64,000 bases of DNA. Origin: the human T2T-CHM13v2.0 reference genome, Homo sapiens. Below, piece by piece: positions 26,205 through 38,569 of the stretch. The notes beneath the pieces were generated by a model. That model was given only the letters and a program-made list of their open reading frames with translations, was not told the DNA's origin and ran no database searches. The stretch covers positions 16,288,001-16,352,000 of the forward strand of contig CP068257.2 of NCBI GenBank assembly GCA_009914755.4, given 5' to 3'. The position numbers and the translations under genes are program-made. Numbering within the stretch: the first letter of the stretch is position 1; the number at the start of each line of letters is the position of its first letter.

Positions 26205-26335
26205 TGTATATATTTATAAATATATATTTAAAATATAAATATATAATTCTTATATATTTATATTTTAAATTAAATCATATATTTTATATAATATCTATAA
26301 TTTTATGTAATGTATAATTTTTAAAAAATATTTAT
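26205..26335. repeat. TA-rich low-complexity / simple repeat
   Basis: 'tatatatttataaatatatatttaaaatataaatatataattcttatatatttatattttaaattaaatcatatattttatataatatctataattttatgtaatgtataatt'. Confidence 0.85.
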
Positions 26336-26342
26336 AATCTGG

Positions 26343-26490
26343 GTCTGTTTAGGCTACTGTCATAAACTTTTACTACCATCAACTGGATAGCTTATAGACA
26401 AGAGGAATTTATTTCTCACAGTTCTGGAGGCTGGAAAGTCCAAGATGAAGGCACAGGCAGATTCAGTGTCTGGTGAGAGCATGTCCATTA
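26343..26490 (-). mobile_element. MLT1-type LTR fragment (5' part only)
   Basis: 'gtctgtttaggctactgtcataaacttttactaccatcaactggatagcttatagacaagaggaatttatttctcacagttctggaggctggaaagtccaagatgaaggcacaggcagattcagtgtctggtgagagc'. Confidence 0.6.
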
Positions 26491-27458
26491 AGGTGTTCTA
26501 AGCAAAAGAGCAGTTCTTTTCTAAGAAATTTTTACCTTCAATGTTGACCAACTGAATAAAAATTCAGCCACCTTAAAAATGATAATTTCTTTTTTCACTG
26601 AAATAATCTTACCTGCCTGAAGTCATGGGATTAAATATTATCCTGGAGATTCATCTCATGATTGCAGGTGGCATTAAGTGAATGATTAAATGGCTATTCT
26701 TAATCTCCTATTGTCCATTTCTGAAAAAGTTTTCCTGAGAAAAACCCTGACTTCTTTAGTAGGGGTTGTGCTATTATTGTCATAGATGTAAATACTGTAC
26801 AATTGTTCTACTCCTTTCTCTTGAAATCTTACAACCTGACTTTAAGCTCCGCTGTTTTATTACTTTTTTTTCCTCTTGGAAACACCTTTAGTTTTCAGGA
26901 GAGTCCTAGGAATATTCAATTAAAATTCTGCATAATGACTCTTTAGACAGTCACCAGGGGAGTACTAATGCAGAAACCATGAGACCAGCTTATCTTAGAG
27001 TTGCCAAATATACCTGAAAATCATATAATGAGTGGATTGATATTGCACATAAGAGTCAGAGTAGTGGGAATTTTGATTTGCCCTCAGAAATGATGTGCTT
27101 TAGGGAAAAAAATTGCTTGCTTTTTTGGGAATAGACTTTTATAAAAACCTGAAGTGCTGTGAAGCAAGTCAGGGGATTTGGGTTCCAGGGCTTGCATGGT
27201 CACTTACTAATTCTGTGGTTAGATGTCTTCAATCCTTTATTTGTCAATAATTTGTGAGGCTGTTTTGAGGATTAAACAAGGATGTCTCAGAAAAGAGCTT
27301 CAGAAATATATTAAAGCCCATCTATCTGTTTGACTGAATGCCTTGATCCCGGAAGAAAAAGATTTTGAGGAGTTCATATAACTTTCAGGGAGTCTTTTCA
27401 TATGTTCTATGGGGATTGCAGGCTAGGAGTATCGAGTCAAAAGAGAAGCATCTCCATC

Positions 27459-27870
27459 TGATATAGTTTGAATATTTGTCTGCATCCAAATCTCATGTTG
27501 AGATGTAATCCCCAGTGTTGGAGATGGGGCCCAGTGGGAGGTGTTGGAATCACGGGGGTGGGTCCTTCATGAATGATTTGGGTCATCTCCTTGATGACAA
27601 GTGAACTCTTGCACTGAATTCACATGAGATCTGGTCTTTTAAAAATGTGTGACACCTCCCCTCACTCTCTCTCTCATGCTTCTCCTGCCATGACACGCCT
27701 GCTCCACCTTTATCTTATGCCATAATTGAAAGCCTCCTGAGGCCCCCCCAGAAGCAGATGCTAGCACTATGCTTCCTGCACAGCCTCCAGAACTGTGAGC
27801 TAATTAAACCTCTTTTCTTATAAATTACCTAGTCTCAGATATTTCTTTATTGCAATGCAAGAACAACCTA
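27459..27870 (+). mobile_element. MST-type MaLR solo LTR
   Basis: 'tgatatagtttgaatatttgtctgcatccaaatctcatgttgagatgtaatccccagtgttggagatggggcccagtgggaggtgttggaatcacggg...cctccagaactgtgagctaattaaacctcttttcttataaattacctagtctcagatatttctttattgcaatgcaagaacaacctaag'. Confidence 0.75.
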
Positions 27871-27899
27871 AGATACCATCCTTCCAATCTTTATATCAG

Positions 27900-28485
27900 T
27901 TTCTTAGTCTGTTTGGGCTGGCATAACAAAAATATCAAAGACTAGATGGCTTATAAACAACATAAATTTATTTATCACAGTTCTGGAGGCTGAGAGGTCC
28001 AAGATCAAGGCACCAGCATATTCAGTGTCTGGTGAGGGCCCACTTCTGGTACCTTAGAGAGCTATCTTCTCACTGTGTTTTCATATGGCAGAAGGGGCCA
28101 GAAAATTATCTGGAGTTTTTTCTATGAGTGCACTAATCCCATTCATGAGAGCTGTGTCCTTATGACCTTAACCCCTCAAAGGAAAGAAGAGATAAACCCA
28201 AGAACATAGTTGCAAATTTTAACATCCTTGTGAAGGTTAATTTTATGTATAAGCTTGACTGGGCCACTAGATATTCAGATATCTAGTTAAACATTATTTC
28301 TGGGTGTGTCTGTGAGTGTTTCTGGAAGAGATCAGCATTTGAATCAGTGAACTGAGTAAAGAAGGTTGTCCTCTCCAATGTGGGTGGGCAACCAATCTGT
28401 TGATGGCCTAACTAGATGAGGCCCTCAAAGGCCTCATCCCAAATATATCACATTGGGGATTAGGTTTCAACATATGAATTAAATC
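27900..28485 (-). mobile_element. MLT1-type MaLR LTR, split by the 237-bp duplicated insert (LTR = 27900-28179 and 28417-28485)
   Basis: 'tcttagtctgtttgggctggcataacaaaaatatcaaagactagatggcttataaacaacataaatttatttatcacagttctggaggctgagaggtccaagatcaaggcaccagc...tgcactaatcccattcatgagagctgtgtccttatgaccttaacccctcaaagg | [insert] | tgaggccctcaaaggcctcatcccaaatatatcacattggggattaggtttcaacatatgaatt'. Confidence 0.7.
28180..28416. repeat. Inserted copy of the 237-bp segment from 25671-25907, flanked by the 10-bp direct repeat 'ccctcaaagg' (28173-28182 and 28422-28431) plus 5 bp filler 'tgagg'
   Basis: Identical sequence to 25671-25907. It interrupts an otherwise contiguous MLT1 LTR. No poly-A and no element termini. 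Confidence 0.85.
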
Positions 28486-31400
28486 AGATAGTTGATAATT
28501 GTCCTGGATTTTTCTCTCTTATTCACTAACTCTATCTAATCAATCATTATGCTTTATCAACTGTGCCTCTTAGATATCTCTGGAGTCTACTTGAAATGCT
28601 CCACCTTGACCACCACCAACATGTTTAGGCCACAACCGTGTCTCATATCTAGTTTCATGTCAGTCTATTCTTCGGTTGCAGAATGATTTTAATAAAATGA
28701 ACATTGGATTATATAACTTTTTTACTTAAAATCTTTTACTGCTCCCTCCCTCCATCAAGATAGAGTTTAAACTTCGTACTCTTCCTACATGTTTCCTGAT
28801 CTTGCTCTTGCTTCCTTTGTATCTTCACCTCTATTCTCCTCCATGTTTTGTTCATCAGGCACTAGGAAACCACACAGGGTAGGTTGTTGTAATGTTATGA
28901 AGAAAATCCACTGTGATGGGACCATGAATAGTGGAAATTGGAGGTCTTTTTGTACCTTTTTTATATAAGCCTTTTGTATTGCTCATATTCTATAAACCAG
29001 AATCTTTATCTTCTGTTCAATAACCACAAAGTGCTAAAGGATCCAAGATATTAAAAGAGATGATGGTTCAAGAAATAGAGACAAAGCCACATTATAAAAA
29101 TAATAAAATATAAAATAAAATATAAAAATAATAAAAATAATCTCTTAGTGCAAATTAGTTCTCAAATCTAATCAAATAAAACAAGAGGTATCGGAGTCCT
29201 AAATATTGTTTATAAAGAAAATGTTTTGGACTTGGGAGTGTCTGTTTGACCTTACCTTTTAGGCAGCCTTTTTTTTTTCTTTATAAATACGCCTCAGAAC
29301 TGGAACTTCAAAAAATATTGATTTAAACTTTTTCTTCAGAGGGAAATGTCTTCATCAATTAGTACAGATTGTTATTGATGTTTCCAAGAAATTTTACAAC
29401 TTTTTGTTTGGCAGAATACTTCAGTCTCAACATCAAGGCCAAGAGTTTTTTTCTTACGCCTAACCAAGCCCTCCCTCCCTCTTTCTAATTTAGGCACATT
29501 TCCTGTCATTGTTTCCTTGGTCAAGATGAAGAATAATTTGGTTTATTTTTTTACTCACTGTAACATTTGTCATTAAATTTCCTCATGGGCTTTTCTTCTC
29601 CAGAGGAAATGATCCCAGTGCCTTTATTCTTTTCTCCAAATGATAGTTTTCTATTTTTCTCATTATATTTTATGTTTTTTGCCTTTCTGATCCCCTCTCA
29701 AATTTCTTCACATTCATGTAAACTGTAAAGACAAACACTGGGCACAGTATTCTATTAGGGTCAGACCATTGCCAAAAAAGAAGTGGAAGGTTGCTTCCTA
29801 GCTCTAGGCAAGTGACACTACTGTTAATATATCCTGGTATCATACTACTTCTCCCAACCCCCTTCTAATAACATTATCTTCAAAAGCATTTGTTCAATGT
29901 CTGTGTGCAAAGCCAGCTTTTAGAAGTATCAGAAGAAATTCAGATGCTCATCTGTTTCCATCAGACACTTGGTAGGAACAGGCATCCAGTGTTGGAAGCC
30001 AGAGGGATACAAAGAAGGAAGATTGTAAAACCAAAGTTAAGATTTTCTCAGTGGAAGTTAGTGAGAAAGTAGGAGTCTAAGATGGTAGTTTTGTCTAAAA
30101 TTTCTGGAAATATCAGGAGAGAGCAGTACAACAAAGGCAGGTTTACTTTGCAGTAAGCCTTTGATAATAGAATTCCGTTCATTCTCTGTATGGAGGGGAA
30201 ATGCACATGATATTTCAATGCAAACTTGATGGCCCTTTCTTGGTCCAGAGTGGTTCAGTGTATTCTTTCTGTTTTGTTGCAAGATTGGGGGACTCAGCCT
30301 GATTTCCTTGTCTTCTCTGGCTGACACTACACTGTCCCATGGATATTTTTCCTCTCCTTAGGTTTCTTCAGCTTGCTCTTTCTTTTTTGCCTCTAAAGAC
30401 AAAACTACACAAGTTCCTTCTATGTTAAGGATATAATTACCCCCGCTAAAAGGAAATAAGGAAAAAGGGAGATTTTTTAGAAAGCAGGAGGAAGGTACAT
30501 AGTTCACAAAAAGTGGCCACCAAGATGAACTATGTGCTACAAAATATTTCTGCCCCCAGCTTAAGTCCTGGGTGTCAAGTATTCTAAACCTATTGAATCT
30601 TTCTGACTGTGTTCTTAGAAGTGATCAAGGCCAGGTCATGAAGTAAAAATAACATGGTAATGAATCCATCCCTAATGTCTCTGAGGCTTTCCAATCAAGT
30701 TTACTCTGTCCACTACGTTTTTGGTGTTTAATTTCCTCAGTATTTCTCAATGTCTGTTGTGAGTATACAGTTTGATATTGTGAGGACATAGTTTAAAATT
30801 AAAACTCTAAATTAACAAGCCATTTGGGATCCAGAAAAGATCTGGAAATTCTATACTCTGACTTTTGATGAAAATCATGGATTCTGATCATCAATATTAA
30901 CTTGAGAAAATTCTCATTTTCCAAATACATATGAAGTAAATAAAAAAGGAAACGGGCAGAGAGCGCTCATAGGCTATAACATTTATTACAAGTAAGAAAA
31001 ACAACTGTTGTTATAAGGAATACATCTAGCTTGCTCCTAGGAAATTAATCTTATTTTTCTTTTTTACTTTCCAAAAGTTCACAGACTGAGTCAGTTGGCA
31101 TTTATATTTGTAATTTAGAGAAAGTAGGTCTTATCATGAAAAAGAGAAAATTATTTTCCTGCATTTCCATACTTAGGACAGTTTGGATGTTACTTTAAAA
31201 TGTTAAATTTAAAAAGTGATTCAATGTTCTAACAAATACACTCAGTGTAATTATATTTATAATTTTCAGGAAATTAAAATGTAATTACTGCCCTTTAGAA
31301 GATATTAGTTGCTGTGCTATGAAATATTATCTAACACTTCAGTGGTATCAGTATTGATATGGGCATTGGTGAACAGTGCGGGGGTGATAGAGGAGCAGAT

Positions 31401-32279
31401 GATTATGAGATGAAGAGTTGACAGAGAAGCCTGTCTTGTGTTGGATGACGTAGCTGGGTATAATGTATGTATTTGCCCCTCAAGATGCCTCAGGGATACA
31501 CTAGGCTTCTCCATGATACAGCAAATGAGGGGTTAATGCCTAGAAACAGGGTCTTCCTAAAACCCTGCACACACTTGGTATCCAAGCTTATTGGATTGAG
31601 AGTATTTTCGGCAAGTTGACAGAAACTCCATCTCTTATAGCTGGCCTGAATTTTCTTGTGTAAAAGTTGAGAATAATTATTAAATAAATATTCTAGTTTC
31701 TCAGCTAGTATGATTTATTAAATCCTTCAGTCAAGGGTATGTTAGATGATAGATTAAATGACTCCTCAAACACCAACATGCCTAGCATGCAGTGTTGCTT
31801 TCAAGGCTCTGTTGAGCACCCTGGCCAAATTCAATAACATGTCCCTAATTTTCAGATCCGAGGAAGATTTTTTTCAGTTCTCATCTTAACTTTCCAGAGA
31901 CATTTGATACAATTGAGTGTTCCTTGTTTTGAAACCTTTCTTGGCATTCCAGAAGCCAAGTTTTGGTCTCTTTGCTCACCAACTGTCATTCCTGTCTCCT
32001 TCACCAGATTCTCTTATTCTGTTATCTCCTCAAATTTGGTGTTTTTCAGAATCTGTTCTTGATCTTTTCCTTTTCTTACAGGATAATGGACTATTATCTG
32101 TTTCCATGATTTTAACCCATTCCTACACATCGATGGCTCCCCGGTCATTCTCTCTTCTCCAGGAGTCTCTTGATCAACATTCCTCCTCAATTCCCTATTC
32201 AGTCCCCCAAACCTGAAAGCTTTTCTCTACATGCCTCCCACATTCAATTAGTCTTCAAAAAATAATACTTGTTTTTATT

Positions 32280-32520
32280 TCTCAAGTTTGTACTCTCTGC
32301 TGTGTTTACTTCTCACTGGAGTTAGTTCAGGTCTTCATCTTTTTTTATGTTTTAGTTTCTTTATTTCAATAACATTCAAACTCAACTACATTATATTTGC
32401 TTCTTCGTCTCTCTCCTAAGACATACAAAGACGTGCCTTTGTCATCCCCTATATTCCGAGTGCCTAATAGTATCTGCTACATAGTAGGTGTTCTATAAAT
32501 GCTTACTGACTGAACAGTAC
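32280..32520 (+). mobile_element. MIR-like SINE fragment
   Basis: 'ccgagtgcctaatagtatctgctacatagtaggtgttctataaatgcttactgactgaa' resembles the MIR 3' part ('gcctggcacatagtaggtgctcaataaatgtttgttgaatgaa'). Confidence 0.45.
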
Positions 32521-34166
32521 ACTGTATCTGGATGTTCACCTTCTTTGGGGAACATTGTTTTACCTCTCTCCCTATGCGTAAGACTTCAGTGTTATTGTAG
32601 CATGTTCTCTTACCTCTTCTTTATGCCTGAGAATTAAGCTCATGACCATTGAAGTGTCAATTGTCCATATGCATATCAGTTCAGCTAGTGCTACCTAAAA
32701 GCAAGTTTGGCCCACAGTGAGCATCTTGTTGTCAATGATCAGTTTTGAAAGGTTCCTCTGGGAATCTCATTAATCTCTGTTAGTAGGGACATCTTGCACT
32801 GCTGCTTTCCAAGAAGCTGCCAGATGGCTCAGAGAAAAGCTTCATTATTTAAAATCTTTTCAGAGGCATCCAGGGAAAATGTTGTGGGCAAATATTCAAA
32901 CAAGATCAGTAAGTGAAGCAGTGGCTAGGGGAAGGATATCATTTAACTTACCTATCCCCAGCTGATGCTTACTTGCTTCTGAGCAGAGAGAAAAAGTCTG
33001 ATTTACTGACTCATCACAGTTCCTGAATGGTGATTGTTAATCCTTAAGAGCCATCTCCAGTGAGCAGGCTGCAAACAAATCCTTTAACAAAACCTTTAAA
33101 AGATGTCTTAGAGATGGGATTAAATTGCTAATATGATTTTTGTTAAAGACTAATATATGGTAAAAAAGTGGCTCTCAAATATTAACAAGCTTTGGATGAT
33201 AAATGCTCAGTACAAGAGAGGTCACAAAAAGAATGGACAACAGTGAATGGGCTCATTTGGAGAAGAAAGGGTCTAGTATTTGCTACCCTAAGGTTTTCAT
33301 TGTTTCTTCTTCAGTCTTTAATGTGGCCACATCAAAAGGGCTTGAGATGTTAGAAAGAATTGGAAGCAAGACAAATTCAATTTCATGAAGAGAAGTTTCT
33401 AAGAATTTTCCTTGTCCTGGGTAGATCAGACTACACCAGTAAAATTCAAGTTCTTCCAAATATGCAGCTGGATTACACCAGAAGTCAGGGGCTAAATGTT
33501 TAGGGACCTATTTTCAGGGGTGTGGGAAAGCAGGAATACTTGCATTTCTTTATACTTTTCTCAAACATATGGAATCAAGACCATTTATCCTCTTAAAGAT
33601 GTAACCTAAACTTATCCTAAAAGCTCTGGTTGATGCATTTTGGAGCATATAAATAGCTAAATAGCTTATTTTTAACCTTGATAAATAGGACCATTCTCTA
33701 ATATGAAGCATTGAGGGTGTAATCAATGCTATTTCATTGTGCTAGATGAGAGGTCAGGTTTTAATGTATACACAGTTTTGGTCTGAAAGGCAGTTTTATC
33801 ATGAGCTGAAGGTAGATTTGGGCAGTGATTCTGAAACAGATTCTCTTGAGTTCTCTTCCAGGAGTCTGATACAGATGGACAAGCTGACCCCGAGGATGTG
33901 TCTGTGCTGTCTGGGGTAGGGTGGCTCCGTGACCATCTGTGAGTAATTACACATAATATCCATACCTGGGAACAAGGAGTTATTTTATTACCAGATGTGA
34001 CCATTAAAAAGATACTTTTAGAAAAACTGGTGGGAAGCCAGCTAGCTGATAAAGTGATATTCTTTTCCCTACAATATAAAAGGCTTTGAGAAAATAAATT
34101 ACATTATCAAAAATATAGTGAATGGTTAATACATCTAGTGAGAATTATTAAGAAGTAATACTTCCA

Positions 34167-34478
<312 letters not shown>

Positions 34479-34716
34479 TTCCTTCATGGAAAGATAGTCA
34501 AGTAATTCTTCCCAAAAAGGTTGACAGTGAAAAAAGTTTTCTTCATTCTCTTATTCCATTTGGATACACCAGAGATTCCATTCTAGCCATCCATGGGTGT
34601 TCACTTTGTAGAACATATCCCAAAATAGAGTTAGTTGAAACCCTTCTGTTTTGCCGGTAATTACGTAGAAAAATGTTAGATTGGAAAAATGATACTAGAA
34701 GAAGGCACCATCATAG

Positions 34717-35078
34717 TTGTATTGTCCATTTTCGTACTGCTCTGAAGAAATACCTGAGACTAGGTAATTTATAAAGAAAAAGAGGTTTAATAGACTCATA
34801 GTTCCACATGGCTAGGGTGGCCTTACAATCGTGGCTGAAGGTGAAGAGGGGCAAAGGCACATCTTACATGGTGGCAGGCAAGATAGCATATGCAGGGGAA
34901 CTGCCCTTTATTAAACCATCAGATCTCATGAGACTTATTCACTATCATGAGAACAGCATGAGGGTAACTGTGCCCATGATTAAATTACCTCCCACTGGGT
35001 CCCTCGCATGACATGTAGGGATTATAGGAACTACAATTCAAGATGAGATTTGGATGGGGATGTAGCCAAACCATATCA
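34717..35078 (-). mobile_element. THE1/MST-type MaLR solo LTR (antisense)
   Basis: 'ttgtattgtccattttcgtactgctctgaagaaatacctgagactaggtaatttataaagaaaaagaggtttaatagactcatagttccacatggctagggtggccttacaatcgtggctgaaggtgaagaggggcaaaggcacatcttacatggtggcaggcaag...cactatcatgagaacagcatgagggtaactgtgcccatgattaaattacctcccactgggtccctc...gagatttggatggggatgtagccaaaccatatca'. Confidence 0.8.
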
Positions 35079-36804
35079 ATTATCATTTTTCTGACAAGAA
35101 AACAACCTTTTTTTTTTTCTGTGCCATTGGTTTCTGTATCTTTTTAAAGCTTCTCTCTATTATCTAGCTGAAGGCATGCCATGATTCTCCTCTGTCTTTC
35201 TTATATTCTTGGAATCATTTTAGCCATTTATAACCCTTTACATTAATGATCACAGAAAAGCACAAGAAAAACAAAAGGATTTGGCTAAAATGAAATCACC
35301 TTATATTTAATCTGTTAATGGCTTTTTTTTCTTCCATCAATAGAAACAACTTGCCAAAAAATCACAAATATACACAGTTATGGGAAAATGTATTCAGAGT
35401 ACATAATCATACCCTATTATTTGTCTTTGACTGTGAAACTATTTAATCAAGAGACTTGTTAAATCAGAGATTATACAAGTTAACATAACATTCATGCTTT
35501 GAAATTTCTTCAAGAAAGAAAAGCTACCTTTGAAGCCGAAATGAAATAAAATAATTGTCTTTTATGTATCAAATCCATCTTATTTAATGATCGATACATG
35601 TGTTTCATATTTTACATGTGAATGACCCACAAAAAGCCATAAAACTTATGTAAGCAGAGTAAAAGGAAATTAAAAGTAGAGAAAGAATATTCATAGAATG
35701 AATTCATATACATAGAAACAAGCACACAGTCACACACACACACGCACACATGCGTGCACGTGCTGAACATGAAAATGCCAAAACGAAGGAGAATTCATTT
35801 ATTTAAGTTTAAATAATAGAGAAGCCAATTTAATTTGGCAGAGGCTTCAGTGGATGTTACTGTGGCTATGCTGTAAAATACTTTTCTTTTTCAGAGTAAG
35901 TGGGTATATATATTTGTGGGTAGTGTTGCCTTTTACTTAAGAATTGGTTCCAGTATATTTCAGTATTTGTTTTAGAAAGGTTTGTTTTGAATCTTTGTTT
36001 CTAACAGGTTAAGGATTATTTCCCAGACAAATAATTCCTGGTTTAATGATTCCTGGTTTCCTGAGTGTCCATAAACATTGCCAAATTCTCACTTTACTTT
36101 GTGATCTAACATAATCAATGTTAACTGTCCGTCTGGATGTCTTAGATTACTTTTGATTTGCTTGATTTATTTCTGGTTTGCTTGATCTATTTTGATCAAG
36201 TTAACCAGATAGCTGCCAATAGCCATTTTTATTATGTGTCACAGTGCCACGGATGTGTTGGGGCAGCAACTGCTGGTTTCCCCATGTCCTGTTTAGTACT
36301 TTCCTTTGTTGCATATAGACAAATGAAATAGAAGCCAAGAACATCTGGAAACCATCAGTAAATAACAGTTTGGAAATTTCTGCTTCATTTGGACTTGTCA
36401 TACTTCAGAAAAGACTATTCATAATATAATTAAATTTACATTTTAATTTCTTCTGGAAAGTTCATCTACTTGATAATCTCTTAAACCATTTATTTTTAAT
36501 TTTCATTGTCATCATCCCAATTTAGCAATAACTGCACTTAACCCTCTCTACCTCCTCAAATGTACACATCTGGTCTCCAGTTATAATAGGTTTCTTCCTA
36601 AAACTTAGAATGGAGAATCTTATTCCCTACATTATAAGCCTCTAAAGTCTTCCAATGGTGTATTGAAAAAATATTCAAGCTCATTAGTTATAAATTCAAA
36701 ATTCACCATATGCTGGAAACTGTTTGTTCTTACCTCTATCTCATCTTTTCACAATATATAGTGCAGTCATATTTTTCTATTTCACCATTAGTGCTTTTCC
36801 TTTG

Positions 36805-36860
36805 CTTCCTTCATTCCTTCCATCCTCCTCCTCCTCCTCTTCCTCTTCCTCCTTCTTATT
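36805..36860. repeat. (CCT/TCC)n polypyrimidine simple repeat
   Basis: 'ccttccatcctcctcctcctcctcttcctcttcctccttcttattattattg'. Confidence 0.85.
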
Positions 36861-36959
36861 ATTATTGTTTTAATTTTTATTGATGGAGTATTCAACTTTG
36901 AAATGCCACCTCTGCCACTCCCTGCTCCATTACAATAAATTGCTACTTCCGTGGGCTTC

Positions 36960-37130
36960 TGTAAGCACGTGTTTATACTCTTATAATGCATTTGTTTTAA
37001 TTCTTGTCTTATAGATGATTTCACGTCACTTTCTTCTGCTAGATTGTGAGTTTCTTGAGCAGAGGGTCCACATTTCATTCACCATGGTATCTCACAGCAC
37101 GTATAATAATGGCCTTTTTACTAACACAAT
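36960..37130 (+). mobile_element. MIR (3' part)
   Basis: 'cttctgctagattgtgagtttcttgagcagagggtccacatttcattcaccatggtatctcacagcacgtataataatggcctttttactaacac' resembles the MIR 3' region 'agattgtaagctccttgagggcagggac...cctagcacagtgcctggcacatagtaggtgctcaataaat'. Confidence 0.55.
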
Positions 37131-38276
37131 AAAAGTTAGTAAAGGGGAAAAAGAATGAATGCATAGATGACTCAGTGTCACCTTGCCATAAAAAGAAAAA
37201 CTAGAGTTACATGACCAAGATATCTCAAATTTAAAATTACTTAATTGTTCTATTGAATGACAGCGTTATAAATACCTATCAAGAGAAGGTAATTTTTTTT
37301 TTTTTTTTTTTTAAACAGGGGACTTATTTTGGCAATAGAAAACTGAGCTGGATGGATTGTGGTTATGATACAACATGCAAATTCCTATGTTCTTGTATAT
37401 ATCACTATTGAAATATAATTTCTTAAATATTTTAATATTATATGTCTAACGGAATCCACCTCTGCATATGCAGAGGCATCTGTCAGGTTCAGATTTGATA
37501 AGAAATGATGGAGAGATGGCATTCATGTCATCAGCCAATATATTTAGGATTTGAGCTCAAGAGCCTAATCCTAAATTAAATCTAGGGAATCCCAATGAAG
37601 GTTTTGCTTAGTTCTGGCAGTTGTAAACACAGTTTAGAAAAATACAGTTTTTTCTTTCTAACAGATTGTGGATTATTTCCCAGATGAAGAATTCCTGGTT
37701 TAACGATCAGTTAAAACACAGTTCCACATTTGGGCGGCAGTAGGTATTACTAAGAAAACAGAAATTGAAGGGGCATGCAAGAAATGGGTTGTGAAAGATA
37801 GAAAGAAAAATTGTTTGCCTTGCAATCTTTCTTAGAGTTTAAACAGGCTTTTCAATTGGCCCACCTAGATGGAAATGGATTGAGTCCGCACTTGTCTAGT
37901 TCTTATTTCCCAGGTCAACTTAACTACAGGGAAACACACTAAAAGCATGGATTGTAATCAAGAAATACATGGCAGGGTGTAAGCCTCTGCACTTGTTGCT
38001 TTGCTCAGTTGTTTTCTTGTATCTGCAGCTACAGAATTGTCTTCCAGGATTTTCCCATCAAATTTTGTAGAGTTGGGGTCATTAACTTCATTGGGAGGAG
38101 AAAAGGGCTTAAAGTAGGGTGATTCCTTGGGTACTAGTCTCCCTTTTAGTAATTCCCTTGAATGACTTGCCTGGGCCTCTAGTTACTACTGATTTCCATT
38201 AGCTCCAGTGTTTGGTGATACAGAAAGCCTCAATGAAATCTTTGCTTTCAAGAGTGATATGATTATTTTCCTGAGC

Positions 38277-38569
38277 TTTTTTTTTTTTTTGAGACGAGTC
38301 TTGCTCTGTTGCCCAGGTTGGAGTGCAGTGGCGCGATCTTGGCTCCCTGCAACCTCCGCATCCGGGTTCAAGTGATTCTCCTGCCTCAGCCTCCCGAGTA
38401 GCTGGGATTACAGGCACCCACCACCATGCCTGGCTAATTTTTGTATTTCTAGTAGAGATGGGGTTTCACCATGTTGACCATGCTAGTCTCGAACTCTTGA
38501 CCTCTAGTGATGTGCCCACCTCGACCTCTCAAAGTGCTGGGATTATAGGAATGAGTTATGCACCTGGCC
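38277..38569 (-). mobile_element. Alu (full length) with TSD
   Basis: 'tttttttttttttgagacgagtcttgctctgttgcccaggttggagtgcagtggcgcgatcttggctccctgcaacctccgcatccgggttcaagtgattctcctgcctcagcctcccgagtagctgggattacaggcacccaccaccatgcctggctaatttttg...' The TSD 'ctgagctt' lies at 38266-38273 and 38573-38580. Confidence 0.93.
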
